From Octopus vulgaris (lineage: Eukaryota): a DNA stretch of 64,000 nt. Below are positions 11,211-23,029 of this stretch, piece by piece (position 1 is the first letter of the stretch; each line of letters opens with the position of its first letter). The stretch spans positions 4,154,001-4,218,000 of the forward strand of contig OX597816.1 in the NCBI GenBank assembly GCA_951406725.2. The letters are read 5' to 3'. A program made the position numbers and the translations under genes. The notes beneath the pieces are model-generated. The model saw only the letters and a program-made list of their open reading frames with translations, made no database searches and had not been told where the DNA came from.

Positions 11211-14025
11211 CGTGATGGCATTGCTGGGATCTTTGGCACTAAGCACGGGCGGCCCCGTTCTAGCATTGGTGTAGCTTACAATGCCAAAATTTGGCACAAT
11301 TCCTTCCAGGATCTTCCAGACATATATTACTGCATACCTCTCCCGTCTTCTCTCCAGGGAGTAGAGTCTTAGCTGTTTCAACCTTTCCCAGTAGCTGAGC
11401 TGTTCCAAAGAGACGATCTTCTTTGTGAATCTTCTCTGGATTGCTTCAGGTCCGCTATTAATTTTACACTGGTGGGTGACCATAGCTGTGAGCAGTAATC
11501 CAGGCGGCTGAGGACGAATGTCCGCCAGAGGACCATCATGGTTTCCTTATCTCTGGTTCTGAATGTTCTTAGGATCCACCCAGCCAGTCGTCTGCACTTT
11601 GTCGCCATCCTGGTAATGTGCACTTGGAAAGAGGTATCATCACTCATGTCGATACCCAGGTCCCTCACAGACTTAGGCTCTGGGATTGAAATTCCCTGTG
11701 GACTGGTGTATCCTGTAAGTTTAATATTCAGTTTTGGATGCTGGTAGCGCAGGGCCTGGAATTTTTCAGCATTAAACTGCATATTATTATCCTCAGCCCA
11801 TCTGTAGATTGAGTCCAACTCCTGCTGCAGGTGTGCAACATCGCCGGGGTTCTGTATTTTCTGCGAGACTTTCGTATTGTCTGCATAGCTTGCCAGAGTG
11901 GCTATCCGGGCGTTTGAGGGCATATCTGAGAGGGCCACTATAAAAAGCAGTGGTCCCAAGACAGTGCCCTGTGGAACACCGCTCACTATTTGTGTGTTCA
12001 TAGAGGTGGCTCCATTAAACACTACTGCCTAACTCCTATCTTTCAGGGAGTCATGTAACCACACTCCAAGTTTTCCAGCTATGCCGAGGACACGTAATTT
12101 GTGGCATATCATACCATGATCCACCTTGTCAAAATCAAGGTAGATTACGTCCACATTTGATTTGTTGAATAACTGCCTCAACACCCAGTCATAATGTTGT
12201 AAGGTCAGACAGCTCCTACCTGGTCGAAAACCATGCTGGGTATCACTCAGCAAGTTATTTTCCTCAAGGAATGCGATTAGTTTCTTTCTGACTATCCGTT
12301 CCATGACTTTGCTGATGTGTAAAGTCAGAGACATAGGCCTATAGTTTTTGGCATTTGCTCTACTTCCCCCTTTATGTATTGGGTATATTATTCCCTCCTT
12401 CAGCTTGCTTGGCAGTTTGCCATTCGCAAGAAAGCTCTGGAAGAGAATCTTGAGGGGTTTTGCCAGGGCATGCTTACACACGTTAAGGAGGATGGCTGGG
12501 AAACCATCTGGACCAGCAGCTGAGTTTGTGTCCACTTCATCTATGGCTAGTAGGACATCTTCTTTGCTAATGTCAGTACATTCTATTGTAACCGCCTCGC
12601 TGGTTATAGGTGAGACGGCAAAGAAGTCCACTGGTTCGTTCACTTGTCTGTGTTCCAACGGGGTGGTAAAGACACTTTTGAACTGGTCATTCAGCATCTC
12701 ACTGATCATAGTTGGACTGTCTGTGAGGGAGCCATCCTTTTGGAGGAGGGGTCCTATCTTGTAGTTCACTGAGACTGTTTCTTTCGCGTAATGAAAAAAG
12801 GCCTTTGGGTTTGATTTAATGGTTTTTTATAACCCAGGCTTCTTTGTCTGCTTTCTCCCTCACATAGGATTGTTGAAGCCTTTTTTCGATGTCCAACAGT
12901 GTTGTTTTTAGGCGGGACGTTTCGCTACTTTTGGTATGTTGGTTGAGACGATTTGCAACCTTCATCTGTCGTCTCATGAGGATCTTCCTGTCTCTTGGAA
13001 TCTTGCTCCTATTTGCTTTGACCTTGTTCTCTGGGACATGTTTCTGGCATACGGCTTGCACAGAAGACATGAAACATTCTAGTTTCATGTCAATGTCTGG
13101 TGTGGAGAGACATTCCGGCCAGTCCTCTCAGAGGATCTCTTTTTGGATCGATTCCTAATCTGCTTTGTGGAAGTTCAGATTGGAGAGATTTCGGGTGCTT
13201 CCTTTAGGCTGTATGTCTCTGGTTACATTTGGCCCAAACATAGACAGCTCTATTATGTTGTGATCCGAAACTAATGTCGGTGTCACTTTCACATCATGAA
13301 TGATGTCCATATTGTTCGTGAAGCAGAGATCCAGAATGTTATTCGCCCTAGTTGGTTTGAGTACAACTTGCTCCATGAATAAGGCGTTGGAGGTTGAGCA
13401 GGGACTCCACCTGTACTTGCTTGCAATGATTCATTCCTGAGAGTATGAGACCTTCGGGCCGCTTGACGTTGGGGAAGTTGAAATCACCCATAAGAAATAT
13501 GGTCACGTGGTGTTCCAGATTCATGAGGATTTCTTTAATTCTTGTGAGGCAATCTTCAAACTTGCCTATGTGATTTGGGGCATCCGGTGGGCAATATGTA
13601 TTGCATATGACTATATTATGTTGTCTTATGTATACAATTAAGGTGTCACATACCGAATTTGAGTATGTCATCAAGACCTGGGGTGTGAGGTCATCTCGGA
13701 TGTATACAGCAACTCCTCTATGGCTCCTTTCCTTTCTGTCTGTTCGCAGTATGGCATAGTTTGGTATGTGTACTTCTGCGTCCTCTATATCAGGGCTGAG
13801 GTGAGTTTCCACGAGTGCTATGCATAGGGCTTGATTGCATGCAGTAAGATCTCTCAGGAAAGAAATTTTGTTTCTATTTTGATGCAACAGGCCCCCAATA
13901 TTTAGTAAAAGTATTGTGCAGGCGTTAGGGGAGGCCATCCCGTGTCTGTTGACCGTGGTGGTCTTGCATAGTGGTGGGCAGGGTTCCTTCTCTGTGCTTG
14001 GTATAGCCAGGCGTGTGACGAAAGA
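11211..14025 (-). mobile_element. CR1-clade LINE ORF2 (APE endonuclease plus RT), disrupted, 3' end missing
   Basis: APE: LLNIGGL, IALVETHL, ILRTDRK, MGDFNFP, PTR.NNILDLCF, SDH. RT: GPDG, NYRP.SLT, QHGFRPGRSC, YLDF, SGVPQGTVLGPLLF, YADN. Multiple stops and frameshifts. Confidence 0.95.
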
Positions 14026-14207
14026 ACTCTGCCGAAATAAGATTAAGATTAATGTAAAAAATAAATAATACTGAAGCAAAATAACACCAAATATATAGTG
14101 CGTGTGTTTTTATTGGCTAAACTGGCAAAATGACCATTCCGAAATATACAATATCTGTTTCAACACACGACTTCACATAAAAAATCTTGCACAACAAATA
14201 TATAAAC

Positions 14208-14269
<62 letters not shown>

Positions 14270-14550
14270 ACACACACACACACACACAAAGATAAATTGA
14301 TAGATACAACTGAGTGGGCAAACAAAAATATGAGACACAGCCTAGTGCTTTTTTTATGTTGATAAGCCTAGTACTTATTCTATTAGTTTGTTCTTATGAA
14401 ACCACTAAGTTTTGTGGATGTAAATAAATGAACAGCAGTTGTGAAGCAGTGATGAGGGCGAAACACAGACACAAAGACACACACACACTTACATATATAT
14501 ATATATATATATATATACGATTGATTTGTTTCAGTTCCTGTCTACGAAGT

Positions 14551-14579
<29 letters not shown>

Positions 14580-14589
<10 letters not shown>

Positions 14590-15633
14590 CCTAATGGGAG
14601 CCTTAACTCCCAAATTTTAGTGATTTCTTTTATGATCCAAAATTAAGTCAAAAGTACTGAATGGATCTTTATGAAATTTGGAAATTATATTCTAAGCATA
14701 AGGGCCATAACCCCCTGGACAATTCATATATTTTTGCTGTTGATGGAATTTTAACCATAGATATTAGACACAAATGAAGTAATATTTATAAAATTTCATC
14801 TTCTTACAAAGTTAGAAAGACCCCTCCATGGGGACTTAACACCCACAATTTTGTCATTTTATCAAAGCAAAAACGAATACAGTTGTGCTCTTGGAAGCTG
14901 GAGGGTTACAAGAGCATAAAAGTTGGGCATTATTTCTAATTCAATGGTACAACAGTGTAACAGTTTGCTTTGACATACACTTACATTGTGATTTCTGCAA
15001 TGTGGTGCATAAATTGTTAAGTAAATGAGAGGCATCTCTGTCTCCACTGATTCAGTTGCAAAGTGTTGAGTAAAGTTATTTGATTGCAGACCTCCTTTCA
15101 GTCTTTTTATTATCACTCGGTCAAACATAGTCCCCAGATGGTAACATTGATTACAAGGCCTTCCCAGATGAGTGACTGGTTATTCAAAGACATTTATAGA
15201 TTTTAAATTCATTCTGTCCAGTTACGTATCAGTATAGTGGTCATTTGCAAACTCCAGAGGTGACACTTTAATTTCTCATAAGCCCTCACGTCACACAGTT
15301 GTTAATGTTGATTTCAGTTGGGTCACGCCCTTCCAATTGCTATAGATTCGTAATGCATCTTACGGCTGTGCCTGTCACCTGGATGGTGAGGAATCCTACA
15401 TTGGGAGTGGTAACGACTAGGGTAGGGTAACTGAGTGCTTATTATGATCATTCGTCTTTTGGTTTCCATGTGGCACGGCTACAATTTTCTAAGGTGTGTA
15501 AAGAGGGAAATAACCCTCATCTGCAATTTTTATGAAATTCGAAACATAGATATTCCAGTTCATTCAGAAAATATAACAGAAAAGTCTAATTCTTCAATTG
15601 AATATAACCGGGCAACGCCGGGTATCTCTGCTA

Positions 15634-15634
<1 letters not shown>
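14580..15634 (+). mobile_element. Non-autonomous Helitron (3' end certain, 5' boundary approximate)
   Basis: Ends accgggcaacgccgggtatctctgCTAG|t (subterminal hairpin plus CTAG); same terminus as the element at 32578. Confidence 0.65.
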
Positions 15635-15687
<53 letters not shown>

Positions 15688-15689
15688 TT

Positions 15690-15900
15690 GTATGTCTGTG
15701 TTTGTCCCTCCCCCATTATCACTTGATAACAGACGCTGGTGTGTATCAAGCGGCTCAGCAAAAGACGGCTCAGCAAAAGACACTGACAAAATAAGTGCTT
15801 GGCGTACAAATAATAATTCCTGGGTTCGATTTTTTCGACTAAATGCGGTGCTCCAGCATGGCTGCAATGAAAATGATTGAAACAAGTAAAAGAATAAAAG
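15690..15900 (+). mobile_element. SINE family B, 3' half
   Basis: gtgtttgtccc...gcggtgctccagcatggctgca...gaaacaagtaaaag. Confidence 0.8.
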
Positions 15901-16095
15901 AATATATATTCATATATATACATATATAAATATATATATATAAGAAGGTGAATGAATTATCCTAGTATGGATAATTCGGTTAACTGATACCTGGGTAGCA
16001 AATTCACGTCAGAAAACACGGTTGAAGCTATATGCCAAGGGCAGGGATCCCGTGTTCTCGTGTGTAAATTTGTGCGTTTTTCTTAACTATGAATA

Positions 16096-16366
16096 AATGA
16101 AAGAATGGAGTCGAACGACGATTTTAACATTCTCCATCCAACCAACTTTGACGTCATTGCTTATAACGGGATATTTTAAAGAAACACTCATTATTACTGT
16201 GGACATCATGTGGGCAGTCATCTAAAAGTTTTTGCTCTTCATGGTGCTGACATAAGTTCTTTGTCTTTCCTGATGAGATGGCGGCATAATGCACCCTTTA
16301 TTCCTTCGAAACATGTGTCGAGAGTAAAGGAATTTTGTTAAAATCGTCGTTCGACTCACTTCTTTC

Positions 16367-16370
<4 letters not shown>
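16096..16370 (+). mobile_element. Penelope-like 3' remnant with inverted ends and hammerhead-like motif
   Basis: About 35-bp inverted repeats (16096-16130 / 16336-16369); ctttc-CTGATGA-gatgg...ccttc-GAAA-catgtg-TC-gagag at 16265-16324. Confidence 0.6.
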
Positions 16371-16426
<56 letters not shown>

Positions 16427-16615
16427 CGGGAAAGTTTACGAAAAGAAACAAAAGACGAAGGCAGATGGAGTACAAACAAATAAATGTATTAGTATATAGA
16501 AATAGAAAAAGAGTCTTTAACGTTTCGAGCCTACGCTCTTCGACAGAAAGATACACAGAAAAGAAACAAGGAGAGAAAGAAGGAGAGAAAAAATGCGTGT
16601 AGGAGCTAGCGATCT
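16427..16615 (-). mobile_element. Non-autonomous PLE-type repeat with variant hammerhead core (related copies at 31274-31450 and 4130-4195)
   Basis: Minus strand tcttt-CTGTCGA-a-gagc-gtag-gctc-GAAA-cgTT-aaaga. Confidence 0.55.
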
Positions 16616-17237
16616 ATCATATATATATATATGCATGTGTATGTATGTATGTATGTATGTATGTATGTATGTATGTATGTATGTATTTGTGTACATGCAT
16701 ACACGCTTATGTTTGTATATGCAGTTGCTTCTGTATGGCTCTTTACGTGTTGCTCTGAATTCATTGTTTATCAATCAATTCTCTTCGCTCGTAACTTCGT
16801 GTTCTCTTCTTCTCCTGTTTTCATGGATCCTACTTAAGCCATCGCTATTTCAAATTCCCTGCAATCTCCCTTTGTTTCATTAGAACTTAAAGCTCTTCTG
16901 CTTTTAACGACGTTTTGTAACCATATCAAAGACAACTGATGATTGGCAATCATATGTAAACACACACACATACACACACACACACACACATATATAGATA
17001 TAGATATATATACATACATACATATATATATATACATATATATATATATTTATATATATATATATACATATATATACGTATATATATATACATATATATA
17101 TATATACATATATACACACACACACATATATATATATGTATAGAGAGAGAGAGAGGGGGGAGTGTAAGAAGGTACACACGCACACAGACATACGTATGTA
17201 TATATATATATATATATGTGCGTGTATGTGTGTCTTT

Positions 17238-17473
17238 CTGTATGTATGTATGTATGTATGTATGCATGTATGTATGTATGTATGCATGCATGTATGTGTG
17301 TGTGTATGTATGTAATATATGTATGTATGTATGTATGTGTGTCTTTCTGTATGTATGTATGTGTGTATGTATGTATGTATGTATGTATGTATGTATGTAT
17401 GTATGTATGCATGCATGTATGTGTGTGTGTATGTATGTATGTATGCATGTATGTGTGTGTGTGTATGTATGTA

Positions 17474-17506
<33 letters not shown>

Positions 17507-17575
17507 TGTATGCATGCATGTATGTGTGTGTGTATGTATGTATGTATGTATGTATGTATGTATGTATGTATGTAT
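17238..17575. repeat. (TATG)n compound microsatellite
   Basis: Direct inspection. Confidence 0.95.
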
Positions 17576-17970
17576 TCCGGGATGGAGGTGAATGAGATAT
17601 TGAAAGATAAGTACAAGGAGAAGCCATCGATGGTGAGTGAAAGAAGAAGAACCATTTTCGGAATTTATTCCGCTATATTAAGAACATCGCAAAATCATTG
17701 TCAACTGATCGTCGTTGACTGAGATGGAAAGAGAAGGGAGGAAAGAGGAAGGATGCTGGTGGTGGTGGTGGGTTAACAAAACTAAATTGCAGAATAATTA
17801 GAAGTCAAGCATCAGATTTAACCACATCAAGACAAAAGGAACTTTGTGCATTGATAATTTGCCAAAGAAAACGCAGTGTGCATGTGTGTGTGTGCCCTTA
17901 GGCGTGTGTGCCTGCGTTTGTTTGTGAGTGTATCGGTCGATAAGCACAGATAGATAGGCGGATGGTGCAC

Positions 17971-18118
17971 GTGGTAAGTAGCTTGTTTACCAACCACATG
18001 GTTACTGGTTCAGTCCCACTGCGTGGCATCTTGGGCAAGTGTCTTCTACTATAGCCTCGGTCCGACCAAAGCCTTGTGAGTGGATTTGGTAGACGGAAAC
18101 TGAAAGAAGCCTGTCGTA

Positions 18119-18168
<50 letters not shown>

Positions 18169-18441
18169 GCGTATGTGTGTGTGTGTGTGTGAGAGAGAGT
18201 GTGTTTGTGTGTGTGTGTGTGTGAGAGAGAGAGAGTGTGTTTGTGTGTGTGTTTGTCCCCCCGACATCGATTGACAACCGATGCTGGCTTGTTTACGTCC
18301 CCGTAACTTAGCGGTTCGACAAAAGAGATCAATAGAATAAGTACTAGGCTTATAAAGAATAAGTCCTGGGGTCGATTTGGTCGACTAAAGGCGGTACTCC
18401 AGCATGACCGAAGTCAAATGACTGAAACATGTAAAAGAGAG
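17971..18441 (+). mobile_element. SINE family B, near full length, expanded internal microsatellite
   Basis: Homology to other family B copies. Confidence 0.88.
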
Positions 18442-18500
18442 TATATGAAGGAAGATTTTGATAAATATTGTATTAGTTTAGCGCTTAAGAGAAGAGAAAA

Positions 18501-18540
18501 GGCTTTAACGTTTCGGACAGCATTCCTTCATCAGAAGAAA
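18501..18540 (-). ncRNA. Minimal type-I hammerhead-like motif (PLE type)
   Basis: Minus strand ctt-CTGATGA-a-gga-atgctg-tcc-GAAA-cgTT-aaag; canonical core, weak stem I. Confidence 0.55.
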
Positions 18541-19166
18541 TGCATCAGAAAAGTTATAAAGAGAAAAAAGACGTTGAAGAAAAAAGGGAACAAAACGGTC
18601 ACTGATTTAGAAGATGACCAAGGGTTTAGGAGACTAGTTTATGTGTATCTAAATGAGAGTAAAGAATTGAGATGGAACAGTTGTGTGTGAATATATGAGA
18701 GTGCGTCCACGTTTTAAGATGTGCAGAAGTGAGGAATGGTGAGTATCTTTTATGTTTATGGGTGTAAATGAGTGCAAAGTGGAATTTATAATGGTGTAGT
18801 TTTCAGTAATGTGAAGCAATGATTGGTGTGTGTGGTAGGATAACACAGAAATAAGGAAGAGGGAGATCCCGCCAAAAGGTCCGTATTCTATAATTTCAGA
18901 GGCAAAAGTAAAAGGACGTGTTATTACTGTTATTAGCTTCATAATTAAAATTGAATTTGTTACTAATGAAGATTAGAAACTAAGCCGCATGGCTTGAAGC
19001 ATTCACTCTCTCGCTAATTAGTTTTCGTGATTCAATTAACACCTCCTACAAGGGATTCTGGTATCTGTCGCGGGAAATGAGTCTGCAATATGGTTGCGTT
19101 TCTTGATGAGTTAGCAAACACAGATCCAAATAATTTCTCATTTTCTCTATTTTCTATAGGTACCTT

Positions 19167-19456
19167 GTTTACATTATTTACATTTGACGGATATTTGTCC
19201 TCATCTTGTTTGTTGTTAAGACAACGTTTCGGCTGATATACCCTCCAGCCTTCATCAGGTGTCTTGGAGAAATTTCGAACCTGGGTTCTCTATCATAATC
19301 ATCATCATTATTATTATTATTGTTGTTGTTGTTCTTCTTGTTCTTGTTCTTGTTCTTGTTATTCTGGTCACGGGTATATGGTGTAGTGGTTAAGAGCGCG
19401 GGATACTAACCCCGAGATTCCGAGTTCGATTCCAAGCAGTGACCTGAATAATAATG

Positions 19457-19531
<75 letters not shown>

Positions 19532-19710
19532 TCGAAAAATACCCCAGGAATGAGAACCCAGGTTCGAAATTTTCCCAAGACACCTGATGAAGGCTGGAGA
19601 GTATGTCAGCCGAAACGTTGTTAATAACAAACAAGATGAAAACACATATCCGTCAAATGTAAATAATGTAAATAATATAAATAATTCCTCATCTCTTAAA
19701 TATAGAACTG
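19167..19710 (+). mobile_element. tRNA-headed element with hammerhead-containing tail and an upstream inverted tail copy
   Basis: A box TGGTGTAGTGG 19379-19389, B box GTTCGATTCC 19424-19433, (TAA)n, tail with CTGATGA-a-ggctg...cagcc-GAAA-cgTT (19584-19619); inverted copy of the tail at 19167-19290. Confidence 0.75.
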
Positions 19711-19719
19711 TATTTTTTA

Positions 19720-19976
19720 TTGGGTTGGTGCATAAGTATTGCGGCTTATTTTCAACAAATTTTATTCAACAAAATCAATAGCAACATGTAAGAAAAACTT
19801 CTTTAAATGATTATTCCGAAGCATATTCACCATCTACTTCAATTACTGCTCCCCATTTGTTTGGCAGACGGTCAGGCTGTCATTTAAAGATATTTTCGCT
19901 AAATATTGTTATTGTTTTTGATTAATAATATTTGTTGAAAAAAAAAAAAAGCCGCAATAATTATGCACCAACTCAA
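19720..19976 (-). mobile_element. Internally deleted mariner (Hsmar1/MADE1-like TIRs)
   Basis: TA|ttgggttggtgcataagtattgcgg...ccgcaataattatgcaccaactcaa|TA; minus-strand remnant DRLPNKWGAVIEVDGEY resembles the mariner C-terminus. Confidence 0.88.
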
Positions 19977-20129
19977 TATTTACTACGAATTGCTTCTAAT
20001 CTATGTAACCACATGGAATTCAAAGATTTTCGTTCAGATCGAACGACACTTTAAGCAACCGGAGTGTTCCATAACTTGTTTCTGTTTCACAGCAACACTA
20101 AAAACAAAATAACATTTTTCTTTATGTTA

Positions 20130-20276
20130 CAGTCGTGGCCAAAAAAAGTTTGGAATATTTAAAAAAAAATTTTGTTATGTTATGCTCATGCACAATTCAC
20201 TTCAAATATCCCTTTGGGTATTTAATATAAAAATTCTAATTTTCAGACCTATGTTCTAAACTTTTAGCCACGACTT
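20130..20276. mobile_element. Tc1-type MITE
   Basis: TA|cagtcgtggccaaaa..gtttggaata ... tgttctaaacttttagccacgactt|TA. Confidence 0.75.
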
Positions 20277-20800
20277 TATAACCTCAATGCAAGTTACTTA
20301 GGTGGAGTCCATCTCTCTGCCACATCGAAGCTGAGGATTACCAATAAAGTAAATCACAGTTTCAATTCGGAACATTATCTTTTCACGGACGTGGACAATT
20401 TTGCAAATGAAAGACATCACCGAGTTTCCGATTATTTAAGCAGTTCTTATCGACTAGAATCTGTATCACCGTTGTTAAAAGCTACAAGTTATTTAAAAAA
20501 AAGCCTGTTAAATTTATCCATTCCAACTATAAATTCTGTTAACAATGTATGAAAGTCTTCGCATACACAGCTGTTGGAAACGTTTCAATATGAACACATT
20601 CTATAAATATTCCAACTCTAAATCCCGATGTCATCCAATTAATCCGGCCATGTTGTCTGCAGATGCCCAATAAACTCGTAAATATTACTGCATGGAACAA
20701 TTCTGAAATATATTTGTTCTTAATGAAAGACAAACTCGGCATTGGCATCATGACTGTTTCTACCCATGAAGATCGGAATATATTAATTTGTACAGTGTAT

Positions 20801-21188
20801 AGTGGAGGCGCAATAGCCCAGTGGTTAGGGCAGCGGACTCGCGGTCGTAGGATCGCGGTTTCGATTCCCAACCGGGCGTTGTGAGTATTTATTGAGCGAA
20901 AACACCAAAAGCTCCACAAGGCTCCGGCAGGGGATGGTGGTGATCCCTGCTATACTCTTTCACCACAACTTTCTCTCACTCTTACTTCCTGTTTCTGTTG
21001 CACCTGTATTTCAAGGGGCCGGGCTTGTCACTCTCTGTGTCACGCTGAATATCCCCGAGAACTACGTTAAGGGTACACGTGTCTGTGGAGTGCTCAGCCA
21101 CTTACACGTTAATTTCACGAGCAGGCTGTTCCGTTGATCGGATCAACCGGAACCCTCGTCGTCGTAACCGACGGAGTGCTTCCCCACA
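20801..21188 (+). mobile_element. SINE family C (tRNA head) with tail X
   Basis: A/B boxes (tagcccagtgg, gtttcgattcc); near-identical to the minus-strand copy at 53700-54084. Confidence 0.88.
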
Positions 21189-21224
21189 CATGAAGATCGG
21201 AATATATTAATTTGTACAGTGTAT

Positions 21225-21510
21225 AGTGGAGGCGCAATGGCCCAGTGGTTAGGGCAGCGGACTCGCGGTCGTAGGATCGCGGTTTCGATTCCCAGACCGA
21301 GCTTTGTATGTGTTTATTGAGCGAAAACACCTAAAGCTCCAAGAGGCTCCGGCAGGGGGTGGTGGTGATCCCTGCTGTACTCTTTCGTCCCAACTTTCTC
21401 TCACTCTTTCTTCTGTTGGCCAGCGGGGTAGCGTAATTTGAAGGCTAAAACAATGCGAAGCGCATTGTGACCAGCGATGTGTAGCAACATCTGATAGCTT
21501 GGTCGGTGAC
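21225..21510 (+). mobile_element. SINE family C head with a different tail
   Basis: Same first ~190 bp as 20801, then ggggtagcgtaatttgaaggctaaaacaatgcg... Confidence 0.82.
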
Positions 21511-21542
21511 ATTGTATAATGGAATTGTACTTTTTTCTGAAA

Positions 21543-21944
21543 CAGGAGTGGCTGTGTGGTAAGTAGCTTGCTAACCAACCACATGGTTCCGGGTTTAGTC
21601 CCAATGCGTGGCATCTTGGGCAAGTGTCTTCTGCTATAGCCCCGGGCCGACCAAAGCCTTGTGAGTGGATTTGGTAGACGGAAACTGAAAGAAGGCTGTC
21701 GTATATATGTATATATATGTATATGTATGTATGTGTATGTGTTTGTGTGTCTGTGTTTGTACCCCTAGTATTGCTTGAGAACCGATGCTGGTGTGTTTAC
21801 GTCCCCGTCACATAGCGGTTCGGCAAAAGAGACCGATAAAATAAGTACTGGGCTTACAAAGAATAAGTCTCGGGGTCGATTTGCTCGACTAAAGGCGGTG
21901 CTCCAGCATGGTCGCAGTCAAATGACTGAAACAAGTAAAAGAGT
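21543..21944 (+). mobile_element. SINE family B, full length
   Basis: Homology to other family B copies. Confidence 0.9.
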
Positions 21945-22310
21945 ATTTGATTCTTGAGAAAGTGTAAACATTGTAAGCGAAATCCTTTTTTAAAAATGAA
22001 AAACGAAATAATTGCTGTGATCCAGCATGGCCTCAGGCTGTTGGCTGCAATGTACAAAACGATGAAAGTGACATCCACAGCTATTTGCAAAGGTTATTTC
22101 ACTTCCATCTGCTACATTTCGATCTCCCGCTACATTTCCATCTTTCCGCTTCTTGCCCGTCGATAATCTATCCAACCCCTTAGACACATTGACGGATTGG
22201 ACGTATAAAAACGGTCGAACGTTTAAAGCTTTCACAACAAATAAACTTTTATTGTTAAAGTCTGTCGCATTCTATTACACTTTTAAAATCATTTAACTGC
22301 TTTCACTTAA

Positions 22311-22486
22311 CACCCACTCACTCACCCACTCATCACTCACTCACTCACTCACTCACTCATTCACTCACTCTCTCGTTCACTCACTCACTCACTCAGTCAC
22401 TCACACATTCACTCACTCACTCACTCTCTCACTCACTCACTCACTCACTTACTCACTCACTCACTCACTCACTCACTCATTCACTC
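22311..22486. repeat. (CACT)n microsatellite
   Basis: Direct inspection. Confidence 0.92.
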
Positions 22487-22620
22487 CGCCTCTCTCTCCT
22501 CTTTCTTCGACTCTCTTGGTTCTCACCGCTAACTCTTTTCTCCCTCCCTCTCTCTCCACCTCTCCCTTGAACTGATCACATGACATCATCACACATTTAG
22601 TATTAGTATATAAATATTAG

Positions 22621-22841
22621 AAGGCGGCGAGGAGCTGGCAGAAACGTTGACACTCCGGGCGAAATGCCTAGAGGTAGATCGTCTGTCTTTACGTCCCGAA
22701 TTCAAATTCCGCCGAGGTCGTCTTTGCCTTTCATCCTTTCGGGGTCGATAGATTAAGTACCAGTTGTGTACTGGAGCCGATCTAATCGACTGGCCCCCTC
22801 CCCACAAAATTTCAGGCCTTTTGCCTAGAGTAAAAAAGAAT
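22621..22841 (+). mobile_element. SINE family A, full length
   Basis: aaggcggcga..gctggcagaaacgtt...gcctagagtaaaaaagaa. Confidence 0.88.
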
Positions 22842-23029
22842 ATATAAATATTAGCACAGGTCCTTATATTTGGACGACGTGATTGTACTTGACTGTCGTG
22901 AAAAGAACATTACAGGTTCTTATTGTATCGACCTCGACAGATGAAGGAAGCGCCCAATACACTACGGACTGAAACTGTTTGACGTAGATACATGGAAGTA
23001 AATACCTATTTACCAAGGACAGGCAAATG

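Noticed and set aside
19366-19445. Possible functional tRNA gene
   Set aside because: Has A/B boxes but an irregular cloverleaf and no oligo-T terminator, and it is embedded in a repeat; treated as a SINE-like head. The same applies to the other SINE heads.
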